IMG/VR virus record: IMGVR_UViG_3300021964_000020
Source: an uncultured virus (IMG/VR IMGVR_UViG_3300021964_000020)
Taxonomy: Duplodnaviria; Heunggongvirae; Uroviricota; Caudoviricetes
Reading direction: 5' to 3' (one strand)
DNA length: 64,000 nucleotides
Both the position numbers and the translations under genes were made by a program. The notes under the pieces are model-generated. The model saw nothing but the letters and a program-made list of their open reading frames with translations, made no database searches and was not told the origin of the DNA. Of this stretch, positions 1-11,900 are shown piece after piece (the stretch's first letter is position 1; every line of letters starts with the position of its first letter).

Positions 1-47
1 AATCTTTTACCATCAATTATTTCTTCGTATTCGTTTACAATTTCCAT
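1..47 (-). CDS. Partial hypothetical protein (5' end only; runs off the left edge)
   Basis: ATG at 47, just after the previous stop; reads MEIVNEYEEIIDGKR and is open to the window edge. Confidence 0.55.
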   Translation of the reverse strand, partial: MEIVNEYEEIIDGKR

Positions 48-49
48 AA

Positions 50-964
50 TCAAATATTATTATAATCTCTCCCATCGGTAGATTTACCAAAGAAAATCCT
101 ACTTAAACCCCAAACATGATCTTGGGGAGATTCTGTTCTCCTATTATAATTCCTTAGAATTAAAAATCTAACATATTTTGTCCCATACCTAAATGGTGTA
201 CCACTGTTTCTATTCTCTCCCGTAAATAACCCCGTTGAATATCTTGTCCATGTTGTTGGATATGTTGGAGCACCTAATGCATAATTGTAAGAACCACCAG
301 CGGCACCTCTTGCAACCGGAGTACCGGCAGGTAAGGGATAACCAACATCGGGCATTGTTGTTGGGTCTTGTACTCCTGTTGCACTACCCCTATAACTTGA
401 TAATGCCACCTCCCAATCACCTTGGGCGGTTTGTACCATAGAGTAATATGAGACGGGATTAATTCTTGTGTATTCGTGTGGTGTGGAATAATCGGGGTGT
501 GAGGGTGGGTAAAAAAGTATCCACCTAAAGTATGCTCTATTATTTGTCACATCGGCCCCCGTATACCAACCTGAACTATCAGTAAAATATGCATAACTGT
601 CACCCGGATTTAAATCTCTACTTAATGTGGTATTACCTAAACCACCACAATTTCTTAAATCAACAAAAGTGTCGTTTTTATCATAACAGGCGAACCCAAT
701 ATGTCCACCCGCATTGTTTCCTGAACTACCCGGACTAAATGTTTTAGCGTAAACAATCAGTTTATAATTGGCGGATGTGTCAACCTCAATTCGAGAACCT
801 GTCCATCCACTACCTCCACCACCGGTGATTTGTATGTATGGGTCGTTTCCGTTGGGTCCTCCTGTTGGTTGGTATGAACCTAAACTCCATTCATTTGCAT
901 TACCTTTCCTAAAATCCCCATTTGTCCATAATCCGAAATTATCGGGTCCACCTATCGTACTCAT
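50..964 (-). CDS. Putative virion/tail-associated protein with carbohydrate-binding-like beta domain
   Basis: 304-aa G/T/Y/W-rich ORF coupled to the upstream LamG gene; N-terminal GGP motif; located in the tail-fibre cassette. Confidence 0.6.
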   Translation of the reverse strand: MSTIGGPDNFGLWTNGDFRKGNANEWSLGSYQPTGGPNGNDPYIQITGGGGSGWTGSRIEVDTSANYKLIVYAKTFSPGSSGNNAGGHIGFACYDKNDTFVDLRNCGGLGNTTLSRDLNPGDSYAYFTDSSGWYTGADVTNNRAYFRWILFYPPSHPDYSTPHEYTRINPVSYYSMVQTAQGDWEVALSSYRGSATGVQDPTTMPDVGYPLPAGTPVARGAAGGSYNYALGAPTYPTTWTRYSTGLFTGENRNSGTPFRYGTKYVRFLILRNYNRRTESPQDHVWGLSRIFFGKSTDGRDYNNI

Positions 965-2193
965 TATATATTAAATCTATTTTTATACGCTCTGAAGTTT
1001 TTCTTTACTTCACTCGCACTTAATGCTTTATTATAAACCTTAAAAACGGGTATTTCACCAATCCACTCATAAGCACTTACGTTCCTTGCACCGACATCAA
1101 TATTACCATTAATATTAAATGCGGTGTAATTTTTAGTATGTACTTGAGTACCATTATCGTAAACTCTACACGTACTACCATCCATGACAATGGTTTGATG
1201 GTGGTAGTTAGTATCTTCCGCAGTTCCGTCTGACCATGATTTATTCTGACAACCAAAATTACTTCTATTCGAAGTCACTAAAGAAGAATATAATCTTTGA
1301 TTACTTCCGTTACCTTTGGTGTCTAACCACATCATCGCCTTTGAAGTAGAATCTGCCTTTACTATTGCTTCTATTGTAAATGGGGTTGTGGATGATCTAC
1401 CCCCAAATATTCCTGTACTTATATAACTGTTTGTACCATTAAAGTAGGGTAAACCATTACTATCGTAGGATAGATTGGATACGTCTATGGTGTGTGTTTT
1501 CGCCAAATCCAATAACACACCCGTACTGTCTCTTGAACTATCAGTGAATGGACTTGGCACACTCGACTGTTCCATTTTAAAGTTATCCATTAGAACATCA
1601 TAATCACCCATGTTATTACCATTGTGTCCACCTGTAAATAAGTTAATCCTTAACATGTTGTAACCTGTATAAGTTGATTGATAGGTAATACTGAATCTTT
1701 TCCATTTACCTCTACCCGGTACATTAACCGTAGTAGATGTTATGTTCGTAGCGTAGGTACCACTATCAGGACTTTTATAACCATTACCATAAATTGAGAC
1801 ACCCTCATTAAACGTATCGTCATTACCTTTTAAGATTAGATAATCAAATGAATATGAATAATAAGTACCTGACGTGTTTTGAGTACTGAATTGTTGGTTT
1901 ATCATATGATAACCCGTATCATTTGTTGATTGAAATCTTATTGTGTGAGGTCTTTTGGGTGAGTAATAATAATTTGGTGTTACTGTGGTTGCGTTCCCCG
2001 CATGGGAACCTCTATAAAGAATATCACTAACACCATTAGCACGATCAGGACCCCCACTAATTAAATTGGTTGTTTCTTTACCTCTAAAGAACCTCCTTTT
2101 CTTTAGTGAGTGGTTGAATGTTGATGATGGGTTTGTTCCCATATCATAACCCCATTCGAGTTCGTTTTTAATGATCTTAGGTCCTGAAAACAT
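964..2193 (-). CDS. LamG/concanavalin A-like lectin domain virion protein
   Basis: C-terminus FNGTNSYI...FTIEAIVK...YHHQTIVMDGSTCRVYDNG...GEIPVFKVYNKALSASEV is the typical LamG-like jellyroll ending; N-terminal GPKII motif. Confidence 0.8.
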   Translation of the reverse strand: MFSGPKIIKNELEWGYDMGTNPSSTFNHSLKKRRFFRGKETTNLISGGPDRANGVSDILYRGSHAGNATTVTPNYYYSPKRPHTIRFQSTNDTGYHMINQQFSTQNTSGTYYSYSFDYLILKGNDDTFNEGVSIYGNGYKSPDSGTYATNITSTTVNVPGRGKWKRFSITYQSTYTGYNMLRINLFTGGHNGNNMGDYDVLMDNFKMEQSSVPSPFTDSSRDSTGVLLDLAKTHTIDVSNLSYDSNGLPYFNGTNSYISTGIFGGRSSTTPFTIEAIVKADSTSKAMMWLDTKGNGSNQRLYSSLVTSNRSNFGCQNKSWSDGTAEDTNYHHQTIVMDGSTCRVYDNGTQVHTKNYTAFNINGNIDVGARNVSAYEWIGEIPVFKVYNKALSASEVKKNFRAYKNRFNI

Positions 2194-2197
2194 ATTT

Positions 2198-2410
2198 TTA
2201 CCATTTGTTTTCGGGACATGATCTATCCCTTAATAAGATTATGGTCTCACTTATACACCCACATTGAGAACAACTACCATTGTCAAAAAACTCACACGTT
2301 CCACAGATAGATAATCTTTGATCCTTTTCTTCTTGGGTACAGTAATCACTTTCTTCGTTGGTTGTGACATTATAAGTTATTCCGTTTTCTATGTATGTTT
2401 CTGTTCTCAT
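2198..2410 (-). CDS. Small Cys-rich protein (DUF6171-like)
   Basis: RLSICGTCEFF...CSQCGC...CPENKW pattern. Confidence 0.7.
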   Translation of the reverse strand: MRTETYIENGITYNVTTNEESDYCTQEEKDQRLSICGTCEFFDNGSCSQCGCISETIILLRDRSCPENKW

Positions 2411-2411
2411 A

Positions 2412-2984
2412 TTATTCGTACCAAATATTAATATCCATTATTTTTACATTGTGCCCCGTGCCACTTCCTTGACATGCGGTTGAATGGTAGATACCCGCAA
2501 GGGATCCACTATCATTTCTCCTTCTTCTCATTATAAACATTTTGGGGTCTCCTACATGGTAACTACTATGGTAAAAGTTACTACTATCATTATCACAGGC
2601 AAATGTTCTGCCATGTGATTGGAATTGTTCGTATCCCCAAGAATTAATCGATCTTTCTTCAGAAAAGAAATCATTTTGTGCAGGATCGTAAGACACTAAG
2701 TTACCGTCATACGGTCCGGGTCCCCAACCACTTCCATCGTTAAAAGACCAACATGATGCATATCCATTAATTATAAATCTACATGATATTCTATTCCATT
2801 GAATTGTATCCTTCAATTCTATATAAACACCTGAACTGTCACAACCCGCAACCGTCTTATACCCCTCAAATACATAGTAACCATCCACATCACCCGAAAC
2901 GGTTTGTTGTGTGTTATGTAGGGTTACTGAATTCACCATCGATGCAGTAACTTTTGTTGTTTTAGGACCTCTTTTAAAACCCAT
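2412..2984 (-). CDS. Hypothetical tail-associated protein
   Basis: 190-aa ORF whose start overlaps the tail-fibre stop codon; N-terminal RGPK motif; several Cys. Confidence 0.6.
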   Translation of the reverse strand: MGFKRGPKTTKVTASMVNSVTLHNTQQTVSGDVDGYYVFEGYKTVAGCDSSGVYIELKDTIQWNRISCRFIINGYASCWSFNDGSGWGPGPYDGNLVSYDPAQNDFFSEERSINSWGYEQFQSHGRTFACDNDSSNFYHSSYHVGDPKMFIMRRRRNDSGSLAGIYHSTACQGSGTGHNVKIMDINIWYE

Positions 2985-5900
2985 TACTTATTGTTTAGTT
3001 TTTTCTCTAACTCCTCAACCTTCTCAATTAATTCCTTATTCGATTGGATAAGTAGTGCTGTTAGTTTTTCATACCTAACCGCTTTATAACCATTTGATCT
3101 TGTTGTCACCACTTCAGGAAGTATTTTCTCAACTTCTTGTGCAATTACCCCAATATCGTGTCCCTCATTTTTACTTGATGAATTCCAATCGAATTCATAA
3201 CCACTAATCATTCTAATCTTATCGATTGCATTTTCAATTGGTTTAACATTATCCTTTAACCTTTCATCAGATGAATAGTATGCTATCACATCACCTGTCA
3301 CATGTAAAGTATCATCAATGGTGACAGTACCTGATGCATTAACTGTTAATATCGGAATACCTGAAATATCAGACACTTCGAATAGGTCACCCGATAAGTC
3401 ATCAGTAATTGAAAACAGTTGTCCTTGTGTACCCTGTACCTCAAAAACGGTTGATCCTGAGGTAGTACCTTCCACGTAAAGTGGTGTGGTGCTTGGTGAT
3501 GTTGTTGACTTCCCTTCACCGATACTTATTGAGGTTGAAACATTTAATCTACCATCATTAGTAAGTGCCATAACACCTTGATCGTCGGTTTGTGTTGAAG
3601 TCCCCCACCACCAACCTCTTCCGGGGGTGGTGTCCATTTGGAAAGACATCGCATATTCTCCCGATCCTAAATGACCGAAATCATATCCGTTTTTCATACC
3701 TATTGAGTATGACCCATCAGCCCAAACTCTAAGTTTATCTCTACTTTGGGATGAAGACCCATCTATAAATCCGATATTATATCTTGTGGAAGCACTAAAG
3801 ACATCACCAATAGTTCCCGTAAGGTTACCGGCATTGGTGTAATAAGATCCGTGTTGTCCGTCTAATGTATCGGCATTTCCCGCCGATGTCGCACTTCCCG
3901 CGGAATCAGCATAACCTGCCGACATTTTTCTCCATGATCCCCATGAACCTCCCTCCATGTCTCGAGCCCATAGGTAGGTATTATCACCTTGTGATTGTCT
4001 TCCCCAATATAATTGGTTTCCATAGTGCCCTGAACTACCTGTAGATGTTCCGTAATCAGAACCTAAACCTAACATTAAACCATACCATTGATCATTCTCA
4101 ACACCGGTAGGTCCATTGATCCCTTTTCTCATGTAATTAGGGCCAGGGGTCATTACCGTATTAAAATCTTGGTTAGTATCGTGTATTTGACCTTTATTGT
4201 TAAAAATTACAGTACTGACGGATGTTGAACCAGCCAACTGATATGCGTCTAACTTGTCCGAATCCGCAGCTGTTGCAGATATACCTAAGAATCTACCATC
4301 GAGATCTCTCGTCCCCACCGCAGTAACGTGACCGTTTGAGTCTACTGTTATATCTTCAATAACTACCCCGTTATTTGCACCACCATATTGACCACTTAAT
4401 GTGGATGTGTCTGCGTGTGATGTCCAATAACCCTCTGCACCATGATCACCCCATCCGTATGCGGTATTCCATTGTGATGAATCACCATGGCTTGTTGTTA
4501 TTATTGTACCATCAGTCCATATACCACTACCCAATGCAGTGTGTGTGACACCATTCATCATCAATAATAATTGGTGATTCAATCCATTTTTTGATTGTGT
4601 GTTTGAACCTACATATCCATAATCGGGGTTATAAGACCATGCAAGTCCATATAAATTACCTCCGTTACCCGACGAATCTCCATCTGCTGGAAGGTTATAC
4701 GATGTACCCATGGACCAAACGTGTTGGTATTTAGACGCATCGTATGTACCATACACACCATGACCATAGTTAGAAGCAACAAATGCCTTCTGAGTACTCA
4801 TTGTTATTGTTGCCGTTAGGCTATCAGCCGCATCACTTCTAAGAAACTGAGAACTATCCAATCCATCTAACTTATTTGAATTAGGTGATTGTGTAGTTTG
4901 AATATCAGGTGTCTTCAAATAAACACTACCATTACCTATACTTGTCCAATTAAGTACTACTAAACTAACATACCCATCTACCGGAGCGGTATACTCTCTA
5001 ACGTGGGTAATCCATGTTGTTGCAATGGCATCATTTTCATACCAACCCGTATCTCCCCTATCATCTTCTTGTACATATACACCACCAGCATCATTAGAAA
5101 CGTGTGTCTTACCATCAGGTAGGTTACCGTCGTGTTGGTATATTCTGAGATATAATCCCGCAGTACCTGCCGATGATCCTTTAACCATTACAGTAAACCT
5201 AATGGTTTCTCCCGCTTCTACTCTACGTGCCTTGTAAACCGCACCTGTGGCAGTATCTGAACTACTTTGTAATTCTAACGCATCTTCAGTTCTATTCCAT
5301 CTAACAGAACCATCGTCACTATTACTATACCCGGGTACCCATCCCCTGAGGTGGGCTAAAGTTTCGTTAAGTGTTGTATTTTGGGTATCGATTTCAGTCT
5401 CTGTATAATACCTACTATCATGGTTGTGAGACGCCGCCGCATAAAGTCCGGCATGATCACCCCAACCATATGCGGTATTCCATTGATCGGAATTACCCCC
5501 ACCAACATAAATTGCCCCTGTATTTCCCGGAACGCCCTGTGCGGTGTATTCACCAAAATGGAAATCACCTGTATAATCCATCCATATAGATCTTGAAACT
5601 CTACTTCTCCAATGGAAATTAATATTTGGTGAATATGTGTCAGACGTATCTCCATTCCCTATTGAATCCCTCTCAAGAACACTTATTGGGGAGTTTTCCC
5701 AATCCTCGTTCAAGGTTCGCGCCGTTTCAAAAGTGACCATATCACCAAAAGAACTATGAGTGTGTGATGATAATGAATATCTACCATCAATGTCAACACT
5801 ATACGTGTCACCGTCATTTCTTGTGAAAGTAATGATACCGTTACCTGTGTTGAATGTTGCCCCTGTGGTGTATTCGTTATTATATGTGGTTAAGTAACCC

Positions 5901-8900
5901 GCTTGTGAGTGATCTCCCCATCCATATGCGGTATTCCAATTACTATCATTGTATCCTGATGCGGATAATGTACCACTCGCAACAATGTTCCCACTACTAC
6001 CATCGAGCCAAATTCTCGCATCTCCATCGGCGGCAACATACATACCCCAACCACTTCCACTTGCAATCCCCATAAAAGAAGCATCAGCCCTTGTATAACC
6101 AATACCGTACATATTACCAAGAGTCGTTACTGCCGGAAGGTAGGAAGTACCTATGGTGAATATAGGGTTTGTCGCACTTGCACTTACACCTACATTATTG
6201 TAACCACCAACTAAAAATCCATTATTATGGGCACTTCTTCCAATATTTCCTGTCAACACACCACCATCTAATTGTAGGTATCTGTTGTCAATATCAACCG
6301 TCCAAGTACCACCATCGTTTCTTGTACCGGTGATAATGCCGTTACCTGTATTAAAAGTTGCACCTGTTGTGTAGTAGTTAACATCCGTATCTATTGCGAA
6401 TCCACTTACACTTACGGTGTTCCCGTCTGACTTGGTAAGGGTTAAGGTTTGATTACCACTGTTGTATGTACCACCTGTAACTGTTACGTCGGATAATGTA
6501 TTTAATAAATTAACATTGAATGTGTCTCCATCATTTCTTGTGAAGGTTAATACAGCAGTACTGCTGTTCCAACTCGCACCTGTTACATACTCATTGTTGT
6601 AAGTGGTTAAATAACCCGCTTGTGAATGGTCTCCCCAACCATATGCGGTATCCCAATTTGACGAGTTGTTTGTGAATACCCCTGAATGATAGATTTGTTT
6701 CCATGATGTCCATGTTCCACCAACATTTGTTCGGGTATATAACCCATCATCATATGTATTAAAACCTATTTGAGTTGCGTAATTGTTATTGTCATCGTAT
6801 AATTTAACATGCATTATACTCGTCCAATTCGCTTGTCCTGACCATCTATTTGTAGCACCATCATCAGAATAAAATCCTGTGACAGTTGGTGAATTCCAAT
6901 CAGTTACAGTACCTTCATATGTTCCACTACTATTACTACCTTTTAGGTAATTTTGTGTTGAGTGGTCACCCCATCCATATGCAGTATCCCAATTACTATC
7001 ATTGTAACCCGATGCCGATAACGTACCGGGTACCGATAAGTTTCCTGAACCTGCAGTAATTGATAGTATGTCTACATTATCTGTACTTCTTCTTATTACA
7101 AATTGACTTACATCATTGGCTGAAGTTGAATCTGTTTGGAATTTTAACCATAAACCAGCACCATTTCCTCTTTTTACGTTTATGAAGGATTCTTTTGAGG
7201 TATTATTCCCCCCATTAAATGTTAAATTACCCGTAAAGGTATCGGTGGTATTTAGTAAATAACCACTCAGATCTTGATCACCTGTATTTGTTCCGCTTAA
7301 ATTATTTGCGGAAATATTTCCTGTAAAAGTACCTGCACCATCTTTAGTAAATATGACCCGAGCAGTGTTGTCATGTTGGTTAGCAGTGCCAAAATTAAAA
7401 TTCAATGAGCTGTCACCCGCACCATTAGTTGTTTTTCTCGCAATACTCCACACATCAGTATTAGCCGTCGTATCCGTACCCTCAACAAGATTTATTGATG
7501 ATCCCCATGTACCATCTGAACTTGAGGTTAAATCTAATTGTGCGTCTGTTGCCTCAATAGCAACTGTGGCATATCCTGTTGAGATACCCACATTATTTTT
7601 AATAATGTTTAACTCCCCACCAATTGTAACATTTTGATTGGTATCAATCGTAATTGCGGTGGTTGAGTTTGTTTGTAAGTAAAGTTCATTTGCGGTGGTG
7701 GTTCTTATTGTACCTGTACCACTCGTAAATGAGAATCTCCTACTCGTACCATTAATATTTAAATCAGTAGATCCTTGTACATGTACATCACCACTAATTA
7801 AGAATCTTTCAGATGTTCCACTGTAAACGTGAAGTGCACCACTCGGGTTAATTTTATTAATACCGACATTACCTCCAAATGGTTGTAATGACATATCCCA
7901 ATCCGCAGTTCCCGCACCATTTGTGTACTGTAAACCAACTGAGTTACCATTATCAACCTGTGCAATCGCTAAAGTACCTGAGTTTGTTGAGTGGGGTTTG
8001 AACTTGGCCACCGCCATACTTAACATTTCTGCCTTGGTTGTTGCATCTTGTGCTGATTGGTGAGATGCTTGGAAATCACCAACAGATATTGAATTTGATG
8101 TTGTAGATCCTCTTGAGGTGACGGTATTTAAAGTATCCGTTTCACTGTAACTTGTAAGGAATCTTCCATCAATGTCTACCGTAAATGTATCCCCATCATT
8201 TCTTGTGAATGTGATAATACCATTACCTGTATTGAAAGTTGCCCCTGTGGTATATTCGTTATTATAAGAAGTAAGATACCCCGCCTGAGAGTGATCCCCC
8301 CATCCATGTGCCAAATTCCAATTCTCTATATCGCTATCTGCGATATTTGCCGAAGGTGATGCGGAGAATATCGGATCAGTTTCTGTATAACCCGTAAGAT
8401 ATCTCCCGTCTAAATCTACAGTGACATCTGACGACCCTTTAACTTTTAATGTTAGTACTCCATCTGAAGTATTAAAGGTAGATCCTGTTAAGTAGTAGTT
8501 GATGTCGGTGTCGATTGCAAACCCACTAACACTTATTGTTGATCCATCGTTTTTGGTTAACTCTAATGTTTGTGTTCCACTATCATAGGTACCACCTGTT
8601 ACTGTGACATCTGATAAGGTATCTAACAATGTCACACTAAACGTATCACCATCATTTCTTGTGAAGGTGAGTACCGCAGTACTATTATTCCACGACGCAC
8701 CTGTCACATACTCATTGTTGTATGAAGTTAAATAACCTTGTGTTGCGTGATCCCCCCATCCATGTGCTAAATTCCAATTCTCTATATCACTATCCGCGAT
8801 ATTTGCTGATGGCGATGCGGAGAATATCGGATCAGTTTCTGTAAAAGATTGTAAGTACCTTCCATCTAAATCAACGGTAAAGGTGTCTCCATCATTTCTC

Positions 8901-11900
8901 GTGAATGTGACCACACCATTAAGTTGGTTGAATGTGGCTCCCGTTACATACTCATTGTTGTAAGAGGTAAGATATCCCGCTTGTGAATGATCTCCCCATC
9001 CATGCGCCAAATTCCAATTCTCTATATCACTATCCGCGATATTTGCCGAAGGTGATGCCGAGAATATCGGATCTGTTTCGGTATAACCTGTTAAGTACCT
9101 ACCATCAAGGTCAACTGTGAATGTATCACCGTCATTTCTCGTAAATGTAACGACACCATTAAGTTGATTGAATGTAGCGCCTGTTGTGTATTCATCGTTG
9201 TACGATGTCAAGTACCTCCCATCCAAATCAACCGTAACATCCGACATACCTTTACCTACTATGGTGAGGATACCATTTGCATTGTTGAAAGTTGCTCCTG
9301 TTGTGTACCAATTAGTGTCAGTATCCACCGCAAATCCTGAAACATCAACAGTTGATCCGTCTGATTTTGTTAATCGTAGTGTTTGTGTCCCACTATTATA
9401 TGTACCACCTGTAACGGTGACATCTGATAGTGTTTCTAACATGGTAACACTATATGTGTCTCCATCGTTTCTTGTAAAGGTGAGTACTGCGGTTGTTCCG
9501 TTCCACGTAACCCCCGTTGTGTATTCATCAGTGTTAACCACTGTCTCTGTTGAAGTGGTTAATCCCGTAACATGACCATTACTATCCAATAAAATGTCTT
9601 GGATATAGGTTCTACCACTATTGTTGGATGAAGTGGCCGCAACTACATTTGGGTGTGAGGTTAAATATCCCACCTGTGAGTGATCTCCCCACCCATGTGC
9701 TAAATTCCAATTCTCTATATCACTATCTACAATATTTGCCGAAGGAGATGCGGAGAATATTGGGTCGGTCTCTGTATAACCCGTAAGATACCTACCATCA
9801 AGATCAACAGTGAATGTATCTCCGTCATTTCTTGTAAATGTAACCACACCATTAATTTGGTTGAATGTTGCACCTGTGGTGTATTCGTTGTTGTATGAAG
9901 TGAGGTATCCCGATTGTGCGTGATCACCCCATCCGTATGCGGTGTTCCAATTCTCAATATCACTATCCGCAATGTTTGCTGAAGGTGATGCCGAGAATAT
10001 TGGGTCACTTTCTGTATATCCTGTTAGATACCTACCATCGAGATCCACGGTCCAAGTACCACCATCATTACGAGTACCCGTTACAACACCGTTAATTTGA
10101 TTGAATGTGGCACCTGTTGTATAATAATCTGTGGTAGTGTAACTACCTGTAGCCGATTCCAACGATGTTAACCTACTATTTTGTGTGGTATTCGTGGTAT
10201 CATTGGAACTTGTGTATGTGTTAAAGTCTCCACGTAAATCTGTTATGTCTTGGTCAGTGGCGTATGTGTCATCAATAGATGAAGTAAAACTCTCTAATGA
10301 ATCCAATCTACCATCATGAGACCCTGAAGTCGTTTCTAATGAACCTAACCTCCCATCAATACCATTTATATTGTTATCATTAGAACTTGTATATGAATTA
10401 AAATCAGATCTAATAGAACCACTATCGGTTTCTAAAGAATCCAATCTCCCATCTAAGTTTGTAAGGTCAGTATTCGTTAAAAGTCTTTCCTCATTAGATT
10501 TTGTACCTCCTAACCAATAGTTGTTGGTTGAGTCCCATATAAGTGAACCTGAAAGTAATCCGGGTGAGGTTGTATCTCTCACTTCAATACCTGCATTTGA
10601 TGCTCCACTACCATTTAAAGAGATTATATTATCGGAAAGGTCAACAGTCGTTGAATCAACCCTTGTTTCAGTACCCTTAACCAATAAATTACCTTTTATA
10701 GTAACATTAGAACCTGTGAATTCTAATCCATTATCTACTTTAGTTTCAAAGGTTTCAAGATTCCCAATACGTGTATTGTGTGATCCACTTGTGGTTTCTA
10801 AAGAATCTAATCTATCATCGGTTGATGATGTATAAGACATGAAATTGTCCGCATTATCTTCCGTAGACGACTCAACATTAAATAACCTCTGATTAACAGA
10901 AGTAGAGAATGTGGTCTCGATAGTATCTAATCTCCCATCGAGGGATCCTGTTGTTGTCTCCAAACTATCTAACCTACCATCATGGGAACCACTTGTGGTT
11001 TCTAACGAATCTAATCTATCATCAGTTGATGAAGTGTATAGGTTTAAATCATTTCTTAAGTCAGTAACGTCCTCATCAGTGGCATATGTTTCATCAATAC
11101 TACTCGTAAATGATTCTATAGAATTAAACCTATCATTTACTGAACTTGTGTATGTTTCGAATGACCCTGTTTGGAGATATATGCTTTCTTTCCATTCTGC
11201 AAATGTTCCGTCACTATTCACTGTTAGTAATCTACCCCCATAACTCGATGATATGGCAGGTAGTCCACCACCTATAGTTGCCGTTGCAACCCCTGTTTGT
11301 GGTGAAGAGAAAGTAATAACTAATTGTGTGGAACTTACTGCTTCGATGTTCTGTGGTATAATCACATAACCATCAGAATCAAATACTGTGATTGCGGGGT
11401 ACTGTTCACCTAAACCATGATCAAAAGTCCATGTACTTGTGGCACCTGTTACTTCTAATTTTGCGGTAACACCAATACCACCTTCATTTTCTGCTGCAAC
11501 ACCGTCTAAGTATATTTTTGCAGTTCCTGTTGACGTATCACCCGATACTTTAATACCCGTGGAATCATCAAATAAGAATTGTGTAAATTGACCATCATAT
11601 GTGATTGAGTTCTCATCTGAACCTGACACATTAATTGGGACATTTCTTAGTCCTAAACCACTACCCGTAAATTCTGTTGCCGTTAGAGATCCTGTAATTG
11701 AAGTATTTACGTTGATTTGTAATCCGTTTGCATCAATAGAAGCCGTAGATGCACCACTTGAGATTTTATCTAAACTAAGACCTGTTACCCCCGATGCGGG
11801 AATATTATATAAACCACTACCGTCCCCAATAAAGGAACCTGTTAGAAAGGAACCTGATATTGATCCTACAATATCTAATGATCCTGTGTTCTGTGTGTTT

